Origin: Hydrolagus affinis | Lineage: Eukaryota | Reading direction: 5' to 3' | NCBI GenBank assembly: GCA_012026655.1 | Contig: JAAILG010000699.1 | Coordinates: 1 to 64,000 of the forward strand | Length of the DNA: 64,000 nucleotides | Shown: positions 11,249 to 24,691 of the stretch, one piece after another | How the letters are laid out: every line of letters begins with the position of its first letter | Position numbering within the stretch: position 1 is the stretch's first letter | Position numbers and translations under genes: made by a program | The notes under the pieces: generated by a model | What the model saw: the letters and a program-made list of their open reading frames with translations, nothing else | Told to the model about the DNA's origin: nothing | Database searches by the model: none

Positions 11249-13580
11249 TCAGACGTTTGTAGATTCAAGTTCCCCCAAAACTGTACATGGCCATGTTCGA
11301 GCCTATTTGTGACTCTGAGCTGACAGCTTAGGCTGACCCTCTATCTTGGTGTGTAAAACACCGCATTTATTAACGGTGACCTTAATGAAGTCCCCTCTGC
11401 TGGTTTTGAGGTAGAGATCAAAGATCCCGTATGCAGGAACCGTGGCTGTGAGGCACGTGTTTGGGAGTAATTGTAAAGCCTGAACAAAACCAGAGGTGCT
11501 CGACAAGGAAACCACCTGTTTGTGTGATTCACTGGCGCGATAACTGAGTCTTCGTGGAACACATGTGGTCAAAAAGAGTCAACAAATCTACTCAGTGTGA
11601 CATTTGCTCTTTGCAATGGAGGGGGTAAGCTGGGTGTCTTTGCCACTGACCCGACAATGGGTCGGAGGATTCAAGGGCAAATGAAGGGAAGGCTACAAGA
11701 ACAGCAGAGTAGCAATATGCCTTTTGGGAGGGGGTGGTGGGGAGGAAATATTTAAGCAATCTGTACTGACTAAGATAAAGTAAATGCCACTGTTCAAATG
11801 ATTTGTATATCCAAACTCACCCCCCCACACACACACAAACAAATACATGCACCTGTTATTTGTTATTATCTAGGTTAGGAGGGTTTTTATTCACACTTTT
11901 TATATGATGCTATAAATAGCTTGTTCAACCTTGTACTTTGTTTTGGATGTGCAGTACATAATGTGGGCGAAACCCACAGTACACTAAATCTACTGTCAAT
12001 TTGCTTTTCAGTATAATTCCGTGAAGCGCTTTGAGACGTCTCGAAGATGTGATAAGGGGCTATTTCAAATGCAAGTATTATTTTATTCAATTTGTGATGT
12101 GTGCCGATTTACCAAGCCACCAAACCACCAAATACACACTGACACCCAATCAAAACGATTCAGAGAGTCCATTCACAATTTCTACGGTCACATACGGAAT
12201 TTAAAAAAATATATATTTTGCTCTTTCATACTTGTGATGTATTTTCTCCTCGTCTTTGACAAACCCACAAACATTCCATTGGGAATGGGGAACTGCTGTG
12301 CGCAATTGGCTGCCATGTTTCGTCCACAAAATCTATTTACTTTACAGCATATTCTGTGAAGAGCTTTGAGGTGTCCAGAAGACCTGATAAGACGCTATAT
12401 GAAATGCAAGGAGTATTATTATTATTATTATTATTAACTTTGGCTCTGTGTATCCTCTTGGGTGAGTAAAGTACATTCCAAATGGCTAGTGGTAAATGAC
12501 TGATATGCTGACAAGTAATCTATTTCATATTAAAACCGTAATGTTTCAGATCCTGAACGCACACGCATTTCAGTTTCTTTGGCAATGGCTCCCGTCGCCT
12601 TCACTTATGATTTCATGTTGGGAGTTGCAGGGTTAGCCTCGTGTGGAAACAATAGTGATGTATTGAAGGTAAAACTTTTAATGAGGATTCTAAGCTGTGC
12701 ACATAGGGACTTGTTTTATGTTTGGTCAGCCTGGTACCTGACACATGCGGAAACCATTGCCATGCTGAATAGCGTCCAAACGAGACAGAGCATTCCTCAC
12801 GTGTACGCCGCATACACTCAGTCATTTCTCTCTGACTGGAATGGAATGTGCGTTCCCTCTCTCTGGTGGGACGCACCCTCCTTAACCAATTCCAAACAGT
12901 ATTAAGCATAGGTTGGCAAGAGCCAGGGCTTGCGGATTGTAGAGTGTGAATTAACTTCCAGCAGGTTTTACCAGCTAGAACCTCGTGGTTTTTCATCAGC
13001 CATGCCCTAGAGTATTGCAGCCCCATGTTACTCACACACTGGGCTCCAGAACAGAGGGTTGACTCGAATCCCACCTTCCGTTACCAAATGCGTCACCTTG
13101 GAGCGAGCTCACTCAACTCCAAACAGTTATGTCTCACTGAATAGATTCCACCAAGTCTTAGCTTGTAAAGCTCTTTTGCGCCATTTTCAGATGGCGTAGA
13201 ATGGTGGAAAATCCCTAAATCAAGTCTTAGTTTGGAAGCCGCTCCTTTTCGAGAATTATCAATCAGGAGCTTTGCGTTTGATATCGCGCCTTGTCTCAAA
13301 ATAGTCCTCGGGATACACTGTGACGTGGATTGACTGAGTATTGGTAGCCAAACATGGCAGCTAGTTTGTGCAAAGCAATGTCACACAAACAGTCAGATGG
13401 ATCAATATGACCTGGTGGATTATTGTCCAGAACACCAGGAGAGAAAAACTCCCTCTTCTTTTAGATTAACACTTAACACCACTGGATCTTTGATACCCAC
13501 CTGAACTAGACGGACAGGACATCAGTTTAACATCTCATCTGAAGGAAGGCACCTCCAACAATACCTCAGTGTGGGGGAGA

Positions 13581-13637
13581 GGGGTGAGGAGAGGGGAGTG
13601 GGGTGAGGAGAGGGGAGTGGGGTGAGGAGAGGGGAGT
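13581..13637 (+). repeat. G-rich 19-bp minisatellite x3 (ggggtgaggagaggggagt)
   Basis: Three exact tandem units with GGGG runs, flanked by more G tracts. Confidence 0.9.
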
Positions 13638-13884
13638 GGGGGAATGGGGCAGAAGAAGGATATGCTGTGAATACCTGAGAGACACTGCACTACAGCCCGA
13701 GCAGAGTCAAGCCAGCAGCAGAATGTACTAAATGATTGTGGTTTTACTCTTACTAAATGCCTGTACTGTACAGTATAATTAAACAGGCGCCAATGCCATT
13801 CACACTTTAAAAAGTTTCTCTTCATTATGCGATTCAACGTTAAATCTCCCAAATCCTCATCCCTCAAGCCTCCAAATTCCTCAT

Positions 13885-14197
13885 GGGAATCCTGTAGCTC
13901 AGTGGTTAGAGCACTCGCCTCATAAGTGAGAGACCTGGGTTCCATTCCCAACAGGGTGGAACCTTGGGCAAGTTTCCTTACGCCACATGCAGATATAATA
14001 ATCCCTCAAGAAAAAACTCCATTAATAACATTCAATCAACGACTGTTTGTGGGACACTGCTGTGCGCCATTGGCTGCTGCGTTTCGCCCACAAATAGATA
14101 GTGAATTCACTTTACAGTATGGAGCGCTTTGAGACGTCTAGAAGATGTGAAAAGCGCGATATCAAATGCAAGGATGATTAGTATTATTATTATTATT
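13885..14197 (+). mobile_element. Full-length tRNA-derived Deu-domain SINE (short subfamily)
   Basis: A-box tagctcagtgg, B-box-like ggttccattcc, Deu-like core gactgtttgtgggacactgctgtgcgcc, and (tat)n tail. Confidence 0.85.
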
Positions 14198-15241
14198 TTT
14201 ATTCACTTTTCGCTCTGAACGTGGCTTTCGTTAAATTGAACTTGCTGTGTTTCAAGTACAGTCACTAACCACCAAAGGCAACAAAAAAAAACGCACATAA
14301 CCGGACGCGCTGACAAGTCGGAGTTTGGTTAAAACCCGGATCGGATCCAGCGTTCTTGAAATAAAAACTTTCATTACTAGATGTTGCTTTTGAACTTGGC
14401 AAAGGAGATCAACTGGTGATACAGATGTGCTTCACTGGAGTTTATTCATTTCACTTTAAATCAGCGTCTCACTGAGCATTTACAGTAATCCTTTACAGTT
14501 AGTGTAATTGTGGTGGGGTTTATTAATTTTTTTAGCCCTCCAACCCACCCCCCCCCACACACACACACACACACACACTGTGCTTTTATTTTCCAATTGT
14601 AATGTAATGTTTCGAAGTACAGTGACTGGTAGAGTTAGTGAGTTAATCTTTAACTCTATTGATGTGTGTGGATTCCCCCCCTAAAGCACACAGTTCTGAA
14701 TCTGTGCAACTTCACACTGTAATCTATTCCCTGGTGTTTCATTAACGTTTTGTGAATTATCTATTACATTGACGAGGGTGTCATATACATATACATATAA
14801 CTAAGCATATATATATATATTCACAAGAACAGTAAATAAAACCACAGGATTGCAAGCAAACGCTAAAATGAGCATCCCAACACTTTTCAATTGAAAATGA
14901 ATGGGTGGATGCACTTAAGGGACACAGTGTCTCACATGTCCATTCAAAGAAAAAAATACCTTTAATACCTTGAAGCTAAATTCTTATCCTTTTTTTGTTT
15001 AGGAGGAGATTTGGTTTGCAGCATTGCTGGTGAAATCTCTCTCCACCCACCCACACCCTCTCTGCTTCTCTCTCTTCTCTTTTGAACAATTTTTTTTTTG
15101 CCCACCTCCCCCCCAAAAAAAAATCTGAGCTCCCCCCCCCCCCCACCCACCAAAAAAAAAGAGCTGAAACAGGAGCTAACCCATGTAAACTCCTCCTCAA
15201 ACCAGGCAATCATTCCTGCTCCTCCAGCCTCCAGCTCACTG

Positions 15242-15291
15242 GCCAATAAGGACAACGTGCTTATTGGCTTTGCCTGTGCCTGCCTCCCAAT
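15242..15291 (+). promoter_or_regulatory. LGR6 proximal promoter CCAAT-box cluster
   Basis: GCCAATAAG (15242-15250) and its inverse CTTATTGGC (15260-15268), plus a third CCAAT at 15287-15291, all about 175-225 bp upstream of the ATG. Confidence 0.55.
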
Positions 15292-15465
15292 AGGTAAATG
15301 CTGGAGGAGAAAGGAGAGAGAGAGAGGCAGACAGACAGAGTTTGCTGAGACCTAAGGCAAGACAGACACGTGTGTGTGTGGCAGTAAGTGACATCCACTC
15401 TTGTGAGCCTGCACAGAGCGACAGAGCCACCAAAGCAACCAGAGCCAGTGAGGGCACCGGTAGGA

Positions 15466-15650
15466 ATGATGCCCATTTGCTGTGGCTTTGCCCTGCTCCT
15501 CGCTGCTGCCCTCGTTGCCTCTGCCACCCCCAGCCCCTCTTGCCCAGCTCACTGCCACTGTGAAGAGGATGGGATCTTGCTGTGGGTGGACTGTTCAGAA
15601 CTCGGGCTCGACAACCTGCCTGCAAACCTCAGTCCCTTGACATCCTACCT
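15466..15650 (+). CDS. LGR6: LGR6 exon 1 coding part: signal peptide plus LRR N-terminal cap
   Basis: [20 protein letters not shown] (hydrophobic signal peptide) then [41 protein letters not shown](L), the LGR4/5/6 LRRNT motif. EDGI, DCSELGL and PLT favour LGR6 over LGR5. Phase-2 donor CT|GTGAGT at 15651. Confidence 0.92.
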
Positions 15651-15689
15651 GTGAGTGTACCTACCTCTGATACCTCCTGTGTCCATCTC

Positions 15690-15734
15690 CTTCTCTCTCC
15701 ACCCCACCCTCTCTCACCCTCTCCCTCTCTCACC

Positions 15735-15767
<33 letters not shown>

Positions 15768-17480
15768 ACTATAGACATAGGTAACTTTTTGTTGAGAAAA
15801 AATGTACAATTTGGTTGAAATCTTTTACTCAGTCGCCTATTGTCACCTGTAGCACAATATGTATTAGTTTGTTTAACCCCCCACCCACCCACCCACCCAC
15901 CCAATGTGTTTGAAACTGGTTCTCAGATGCTGCGCTTAGTTAGTTAGTTAGTTAGTTAGTTGATTGATTATTTTGTGGGGTGGCTCAATTTTAACCCATT
16001 GGTGAAATTGACAGTAACAAGTTAACTCAGAAGAGAGATTGAGAGAGAGAGAGAGAGAGAGACTGTTGCATGTTTGGTTAGTTATTCTTACTTAGGGGTT
16101 TGGGGGGTTGGGGAGGGGAGTGGTGGGGGGGGAAGCTTGACTTGTCACTTCTAACTCTGCAAGTGCCAGACTTCAAGTCACTTGTGAAACATGTAGCTTC
16201 TCACAGTGGGGAAAACAGTGCGTTTGGGTGTGTGTGTGTGTGTGCAAATCTTTCTCTCTCACACACACACACACACACTCACGTTCTCTCCCTCTCTCAC
16301 CCCTTTACCCTCCCTCTCTTTTCTCCCTTTCTCCCCCACCCCCCCCAAAATCACAGCCAACATAAAACGGCAGGTGCATACTATTCAGTGTACGTGTGTT
16401 AAGCGTGGAAACAGTACATTGAAACCGAATCACACGCGAGCCAGGGCTGTGTGATCAGACAGGGCGAGTTGAAGTAAAACACATAACATCAGGTGAATCA
16501 GACAAGGGGGGGGGGGGGGGGAGAAAAAAAATAACGTGACTTTTTTTAAGCAGCCACTCACTCACTTACTCACTCACTTGTCATATCACACTTTGGTGCA
16601 ATACTGTACTTGTATCTCGACTCTCAGGGCTGGTTATCACTTCCCTGGATGATATGTGGAGGTCTGTGTTTTGACTTGCTTGAATTAGGTCTGAATAACT
16701 GTGCCTTTCTTTCTTTATATATATATCTATATATATATATATATAAATAACACTTTAAAATAAAGGACTTCAAACCCACTCTCTCCATCTCTCACTCCCT
16801 CCCCTCTCCTCTCCCTCTTTCCCTCTCAAAAATGATACGAAAATGAATTGTGTTTTAACACTTTCCACTCCCTGCCTGCCAAGAGCGAGTACTTGCTCAG
16901 TGTTTAATTAACCCTTGCTTGGATGGGCTTTGACAGAAAGGACTGCTGCTTTGTGAGCACCCAAAAAACACACACACACACACACAAGTGAGATACTGTG
17001 TACATAAATACATACATACACCATCTCTCTCTCTGTCTCTCCTCTCGTCCTCCCTGCCTTTTACCCTTGTTCAGCATTGAATTGACAAGTTTGCTGTCTT
17101 GGAACTCAACTCAACACTGCTGTCTGTCTGTCTGTCCTGTGCCCCTCCACCCCCCCCCCACCAAAAAAAAATATATAGTTTCCAAAAGTTAATGACTTGA
17201 TTCCGTCGGTTGCTTGAAAGAGACAGAGAGAGAGGGTGAGAGAGAGGGGTGGGGATAGGAGGGGGAACCATTTCCTCCCTGTGCTTAGAATTTTAAACAG
17301 CTGAAACTTTATATGAAAGGCAAACAGGCTGCAACAACACAGAGGCGTGCTCAGAAAGGGATTGGCAGTCCCCCCCCCCCCCCCAAAAAAAAAGGCTTTC
17401 TGAGTTACCTTTAATGCTGCACCTGCTAAAGGGGATGTGAATCCAGCTCTCTCTCTCTCTCACACACACACACACCAGCA
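15690..17480. repeat. Cluster of microsatellites and homopolymers at the 5' end of intron 1
   Basis: (CT)n/(TA)n about 15735-15767, (TTAG)n about 15936-15961, (GA)n about 16041-16062, (GT)n/(CA)n about 16228-16277, poly-G about 16506-16521, and several poly-C/poly-A runs. Confidence 0.9.
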
Positions 17481-19817
17481 TTATTTACTGACCCACCAAC
17501 TACTCCGGGTTTGCAAGTGGACAGACAGTTCAAACAGCCAGTTCTGTTTGAGTTCCAATCTCATTGGGCGCTCCTGTGCTTCAGTTCCCTTTGCAGGGCA
17601 GCGTTGCTGTCTGTAATCCACATGCCCAGAGCCACACCATTTCAAGAGGAATTGCTGAGCTATTTTTTTTTGTTTTGTTTCCATTAACTGTGTCCAAACG
17701 AGGCCTGAGAGATCTGGACATGGATGCTCGGCTCGCAGCCAATCCCAATAGCCCTTGTACTCGGCGCGTCGGGCGGAAGTCTCAAAGCGCTTCTCAAGAA
17801 TGATGGGGAAGAAGTCCGGCTCTGTCTACCCTGTAGCCTGGCTTGCATTTTATTTGAATACGGAGATCCGGTGGATTTACAGCGATCCCGTGCATCGTGA
17901 AGAACTCCTTTTGGCGCTAATTTCAGGTGTCCCATGAATAGCTGAGGGATTTAATGTGTAGGTTGTTGAGGGGGTAAGCCTTTAAACTATAAACCACACA
18001 TAATTTGGATTGGACGTATAAATGACTGGTCTTTATAAATAATATACAGTCAGTTGACTTAACGGTTATATTCTGTGAAGCGCTTTGAGGCGTCTCGTAA
18101 ATGTGATAAGGCACTATATCAAATGGAAGGATTATTATTGTTATCTAAGCAAATGTAAGCAAACGGAAGTTCAAACAAGCTCCCTTCATCACGGCATCCA
18201 ACGCTGACCGGTTCTCAGTGACCACCACATGTAATTTACACAGCGCCCAACACGCAGGATAATGTCTCGAAGTTCTCTACGGTGGCGGGGGTGCGCTGAG
18301 CCAGGGAGAAGAGGGAGGTGATGGGGATGATAGATGATAAGGCGATGGAGACCTGATTTATTAAATCATTTATTCAGTTGCTTGCGTTAATTATAATCGT
18401 ATTCAAAATTGCCTTTTATTTTAATCCAAGTAAATAAAACTAAGGTTACCCAACTCTTCTTCCCCCGCACCTTCCCCTGCTTACACTAACAAATGGTTGG
18501 AAATACTGTCCACAGCCAGGAATTCCTGCTTGCTGGATGGAGTATTCAATTTAGCCAGGTTTCCTTACTCCACATGCCTGATGATAATCCCTCGAAAAAA
18601 ATAATCATTTGGTCAATGAATCCATGACTGTTTGTGGGACATTGCTGTGCGTGATTGGCTGCCACGTTTTGCCCACTGATATACAGTCAATTCACTTGAT
18701 AGTGTATTCTATGAAGCGTTTTGAGACGTCTCAAAGACGCGAAAAGCGATATAGCAAATGCAAGGATTATTTTTTTTAATTTATTAGTGTAGAATAAAGG
18801 AATTCCTTCACTCAAAGAAGTGATAGCATTTGAGATTTATTGCCAAGAGTGGCTATTGATGTAGGATTAATAGTCATTCAAAAAGGAACAGGATAGTAAA
18901 ACAAAACATTAAGCGATATGGGAGGGGAAATTTGTGGAGTGAGATTAATTGGAAAAAGGCGACGTAAAAACAGAGTTACCAGTGGCACAGACACGATGCA
19001 AGGAATGACCTGCTCTGTGCAATGAAATTTGTACATAAAACGGCAGTTCAAGTGCTTGATTTATGTTCTGATTAAATGTTACGCTACACCTGAGTCGCCT
19101 GCTTAATGCAACTAACAAAATATCGTAAAACCTGGACTGGGCAGCCTCGCCGGAGTTCTATCAGGAAACCATTAAGCTAAAACGAAGGATAAAAAAGAAC
19201 AATGTTTCAATTAATCACCCAAACGCCACCTCCTCTCATTGTTGTGAGTGACTCTGCGTAACGTATAGTTTAGAATCTCTTTGGTTCAGATCCATGGAGC
19301 TTGCTCACAATGCCGCAGGAACTTAGATCTACTACCGTTTTGTGTTTCTACTTGTTTTTTTTAAGGAAAAAGTTGCTTTTAAAATTTTTCTTTCAAAAGC
19401 AAGTGAGCTCCCTGTGATTTATATCATCTATTATTACTGTGATTTCTTTTATTTTTGCACGGAAGCGTATAAATCAGTCCAGAGAAGGGTGGAGGGAAAC
19501 AGAACAAAAAATTGTTTGATTGGTTGCCTGTGAAGATATATGCCTGTAATTTACACTTGAAGATTTCCTTTGAAATGACTGGAAATTTGCAGACGTCAGT
19601 GAAGTTGTATTAGGTACCACACACACACACACACGCACACAGACACAGTCTCAATCGACAGCCACAGCTTCAGGCACTATCACATTCTGTCTCACCTGTG
19701 TTTTGAAACTGCAACTTCAGAAACAGCATCTAACATCCAGGCTTTTAGGCTTTTACTCTGAGCTTATTATTCAAAGTTGGTTCCAGCTCAGAAGCTCCCT
19801 GCGTTCTTTGCACACAG

Positions 19818-19957
19818 TGATACTGAAGGCGAGAACAAGGCAGAGAGAGCTAAGTGATTGTACCAGTGGAAAAACCTCTTGATCTATTGTTAAACCCACT
19901 TCTAACTTCTGTTAGAACAAGGTAGCTCTCTCTGTCTTGTTCTCGCCTTCAGTATCA
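19818..19957. repeat. 35-bp inverted repeat with 70-bp spacer (MITE-like or RNA hairpin)
   Basis: tgatactgaaggcgagaacaaggcagagagagcta (19818-19852) vs tagctctctctgtcttgttctcgccttcagtatca (19923-19957): 34/35 complementary. Confidence 0.9.
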
Positions 19958-21193
19958 ACAACAACATGCATCTTTATAGTGCTCCTTTACACAGGATAAA
20001 TGTCTTCAGGTTATCTATAATGGTGGGGTTGAGCGCCCAACAAAGGAGAGAAGGTGCGGAGGTGGTGGGGGGGGTGGGGGTGACGGAGGTGATAGGCAGT
20101 CATGTGGTGGGGACCTGACTTATTACATAATTCATTTAAGTAAATTCAACTAAAATCAACCTTCAAAACTCTTACATTTACAAAGCGTGCAGTGACTTTC
20201 TTGTTATCTCAAATTATTCTTGCAAAGTTTTTTTTAAAAATAAAATAAATTCCATCCCTTAAATGTGGATCAATTAAACTAAGTTGGAAAATCTTCTCAG
20301 CCACGGTATCGTGAGAGTTTGGTGGATGACAGAATAGTTGGCGCAATCGAGTGCACATCTTTGCTCAACATTTGCAAATCGGATTCCTTCTCCCGCCTCC
20401 CCACATCCACCCCGCACCTGATGAGATCTGTTGATGTATCAGAATTATGTGCAGTCCATCATGAGTTGTCTCTCAGTGGCACGCTTTTGCGTTCTATTTA
20501 TAACCCGGGGATGACTCTGAGCACTAAAGATACTTCAGATTATGGAAAGTCGTGAAGGAATGTGTGGAATTGTCTGCAAATACTTAGAAGATCCAACGAA
20601 TAGAGTGCGACTTGGCTTGCTATCAGAACCTGTTTTTGTGCAGTCGAGTGGGAGAAAAAAAGAATAACAGTGGAACGCAGGCCCATAATAAAGCATAGAA
20701 CAGGCATAGGAAAATAACCTGGTCTGTATATTGTACTGCAAAAGGTGTGCATTTTTCATGCTGTCTACCTGTTATCTGCTTCAACACTTCACCAGGTGGT
20801 AAACATGTGTCAATAGGCTAATAACCTCCAATAAATGGACACCTTTGAGTTCAATTATTGCTTAAGTGTTGCTTAAGTTGCCAAGTCTGCCTCGCAAAGA
20901 AGCTGGTATGGACTCTGCTCTGAAAAACATAAGTTGACCATATGAATTTCCTCATCCTACGGTTACAAGTACATATTCATCCCTCATGCTGTGAGACTGA
21001 TGTGATGCCACGGTAGCAAGGACAGGCCAGTGCATTAACTTGGCATCACTACACGGGATTCGCACTTGGTGCTGTGGAATCACCTGTAAGTAAAAACGGC
21101 CAGGGCATGGAAACGAACCAATCTGCCCAACAAGTCTGTGCCTGATGTTTTAGTCTCCACACGAGCCTCCTAATCCCTTTTCCTTCACCCAGA

Positions 21194-21310
21194 TTAAGGG
21201 ATGTGGGGATAAGGCGGGCAGGTGGAGTTAGATTAGAAGATCAGCCATGATATTAAATGATAAGACTCGAGGGGCCGAATGGCCTATTCCTGCTTCTTAT
21301 TCTTATGTTC
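21194..21310 (+). mobile_element. CR1 LINE 3' end
   Basis: gatcagccatgat...ctcgaggggccgaatggcctattcctgcttcttattcttatgttc, a typical chondrichthyan CR1 3' terminus. Confidence 0.75.
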
Positions 21311-22892
21311 TCTATTCCCTCTTCCTTCATTATCATTAACATTTCCTTGTGTGTATGTGTGTATACATACTGTACTCTGATACATTAATGTAGGTAGAAT
21401 AAGGATTGCTGTTTGCAATGTGTTGAAACAAAATTTTGTGTCTCCATGGCTCTATCCTCCAGCCCGTTTTTCCACTCACTCTGTCCCACTGCAGGGAGGG
21501 GTAACTGGAGTGTGATGCATTTCCTAGGCTGATATTGTACAAGTCTTTGCAATTGGCTCAGGCAGAACACAAAGTGATGTTTGGAGTGGATCGATTCACC
21601 ACTCAGTTTTCTTACACATGGGTTAGAGGGTGGCTTAGGCCTGTGAGCGGCTCAGCCACACATCTTGTTCCATTGTCAAACTAGATTTTTGTCTTCTTGC
21701 CACCAAATCCAAGAGCTGGAATCAAAATCGAACCACTTCCATTCAACTCCCCCAACTGATCCATGTAATGCACTAGGTGGCAGTATTCCATAGTTCAGTA
21801 TAGAGCTCAAGGCAGTCATTCTTTAAGGCAAATTTAACATCATGGTTTCTCCTATACTGATTCTACACAAAACGTCTCTCATTGCCCGGGTTGAGTAATA
21901 GCCTTTCATTATTTTATAAGACAATGTATTCCCTTTCATTTTTTTTTACCCAAGCAAAGAACAGTCAATTAGCCATGGATATTGGCTCAGGTGCTTTTCA
22001 TGATAGTAATTTCATTGCCTATTTGACAGCTAACAAGAGGAGAAGGAAAAGCAAGGGTGGTAAATTGAACTCGAAGAAACTCTGAATTTCACCTGTTTTG
22101 TGTGAGCAGTGGGTGGGTTTACGCCGGATATGAATCGAGCGGCGCGGTCGAAGGTCCCGTGTTTCCACCATTTTCTCCAAGACGGAGACTTTACTGGAAC
22201 CAAAAATCTTGTGGAGATGTTGCCGTTCACTCTCCTGAGATGCCGGAAAGGTTCTGACTTTAAAAGTGTCAATTTAATCCCGTTAGGGAGAAACTGACCT
22301 TGTGTTGTAATCGTGCTACCAATGCTCTCCATGGTGTCACCACTACTGCGGTACAGTACATCCTACAGGATGGGGTGGGCAAGGACTTATCGCTCTTTTT
22401 ATGCTGATGACTTTTTGCGGTTTGGTTGAAAGATTCCTGACGTCCGACGGGTGCCAAAACAAGCTTACCTGCTGTGCTATTGCACAATGCGCAAGGAACT
22501 AGCATGACAGATCGCAGCGATGGAGCAGGTATTGGCTCAGTTTGCTCCAACATGAATCAGAGACGTGCTTTGGAGACTGATTATTTTCAGGTTGGCTGGC
22601 TGACTGACAGGAGAGTTCAATGGTGTTTTCCTCAAATGCTCAACGCTTATTTGTAACAATGAGTTTTTAGCATGATTAATTATAATCCGATTAGGCAAAC
22701 ATTTAGAACGAACTATTGTATGTGACATTGAAAATCACTGTGTGTCATGAGAGGGACCAGCTTTAACGCTCAAATTAAAAAGGATAAATACTTAACAGGG
22801 TGCGAAAACATCCCAACTGTTCTGTGTATTTTATCTATCTACTCTATAGTTTCTCTATATTTCATGCCTCTTTGTTTCTCTTATTCCCTGGT

Positions 22893-23203
22893 CTTCGAAA
22901 TCAAAATCCTTGTCCTCACTTTCAAGGCCATTCACAGCCTTGCCCCCGCCTATCTCTTCGACCTGCTGTCTCCCTATCAGTCTGCCTGTCCCCTCCGTTC
23001 AGCAGGCTCTGGCCTGCTCCACATCCCCGCCTGAACCGCCCAACCATCGGTGGACAGGCTTTCAGCCTCTCTGCCCCCACACTCTGGAACTCCACCCCGC
23101 AATTCCTTCACCTCGCTTCCTCCCTTTCCTCCTTTAAGGCTGGCCTCAAGACCTTCCTCTTCGAGCGTGCCTTCTGCTCTATAAATGTAATTTTGTTGTT
23201 GTT
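22893..23203 (+). mobile_element. L2 LINE ORF2 C-terminal remnant plus tail
   Basis: Translates FEIKILVLTFKAIHSLAPAYL...LRS and G(Q)AFSLSAPTLWNS...FKAGLKTFLF, L2/CR1-group ORF2 C-terminal motifs. Ends in a (gtt)n tail. Confidence 0.85.
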
Positions 23204-24691
23204 GGTCTCAAGTGGTGTCGGGATGTCCTCCCGAAGTGAAAGGTAATTATTTAATTTAAAATTACAAATGTAATTTTGTTGTTGTTAAGCGGCATATTCC
23301 TACGCAGTTCTTGACTGATGAAGACTGGCTCTAAGGTAGAACAGAAAGTGAAGAGCAGAGGAGCGTTTCAGCCCAAAAGGAAATTCAGAGAGCAAAAATA
23401 GCTCAAACATGGCAGAGCAACCTGATATAGGACTGAGAGAGTAATGGTGAGGGTAGCAGTGACTGGAGGGTGTGAGGTTGGGAAAGAGCGAAGCATATCA
23501 GGGCACATCACCAAACCTGAACTGTTAAAAGAAATCCCGGGAAAAATACACACTTTGATAATCCTTGCATTTGATGCAGCGCTCTATCACGCTCTATCTC
23601 AAAATACTTCACAGGGTATTGATAATATATTGTCAGTGTATTTTGTGCTTTAACGTGTCAGCCAGTTTGCATACAGTAATAATAATAATCCTTAAATTTG
23701 ATATAATGCCTTACCACGTCTTTGTGATGTCTGAAAGCAATTCACAGAATAAACTGCAGAGTAAATTGGCCATATAGTTATTGGGCGAAACGCGGTAGCC
23801 AATTGCGCTCAGCAACGTCCCGCTGAGCGCAATCTGACTTGATATTCCCCTGTTTTCAGCTGCTAAAAAGCATTCCAAAACTTTAAAAAAGGTTAATGTT
23901 TAATATAGGCTGAGACCCAGTGTGAAACCCCATTCTTTCATTTCCTGCTCAGTCCTCTCCTCCTCTCCCAGGCCCTGTGATGTGCTTAAGAGTAAAACAT
24001 ATTGCTATAATAAGAGAGGAATTTGGATGTAAAACCCAAGTGTTGGGGGAAGAGTTAAGATTATGCCTTTTGCTGTGTAGACATTCTGGGGCCGAAATTT
24101 CAACCTACACTTAATCTGGAACACCAGTTTGCCTTGAAATTTAAAATTTTGCAGAACTGTGGAAAATTCTTCAATTCAGTCTTGAATTTGAAAACCCTTT
24201 TTTTTTGCCTTTCTTAAAAAAAAAACCACAAGAATCTTCCAAATGAGGGATGAGCTGAAGAATTTTCCTCGCATCTGCATGATATTCCATTGTTTTTGAA
24301 CAAAATAGTTTGGCGGTGTAAATCTAGGTGGAATTTCAGGACATATGGAACAAAAATATACCCCTTCCCAGTTTAGATTCCCAGTTGATTCTGTGATGAG
24401 CATCGTGACGCCCTCCTGATGTGAAAGGCGCTATATAATTGTACCATTGTTGTTGTTTCCTTCCCTGCCACTCAAACCTATTCCAGATTAGAAATCTATT
24501 CTAAATTAGTTTTTATGCAGCATCCCTCACATAGGATACCATCTCAGAGATCTGGATAGTAGATGAGTTGGATGCCAAGCAAGGGAAAAGAGGGAAGATG
24601 ATGTAACTTTGGATTTACTCCTTATCTCGTGGAGGAACAGTCTTGTTGGCTGCAATGACTTAATTGCTGATCAGTTCATTGATTGATCAGC

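Noticed and set aside
12579-13074. Overlapping 108-aa and 153-aa ORFs
   Set aside because: No recognisable motifs and non-ATG starts. Consistent with chance ORFs.
13885-13960. tRNA-like sequence with A and B boxes (also at about 5762, 28195, 30712, 34063, 45574, 59568, 63283)
   Set aside because: These are SINE heads running straight into the SINE body, with no proper acceptor stem. They are not tRNA genes.
14943-14949. TCF/LEF-like site TTCAAAG upstream of LGR6
   Set aside because: A single 7-mer is expected by chance. No clustering or conservation evidence is available.
15388-15465. N-terminal extension of LGR6 in the ORF track
   Set aside because: It starts at a GTG. The ATG at 15466/15469 directly precedes a signal peptide.
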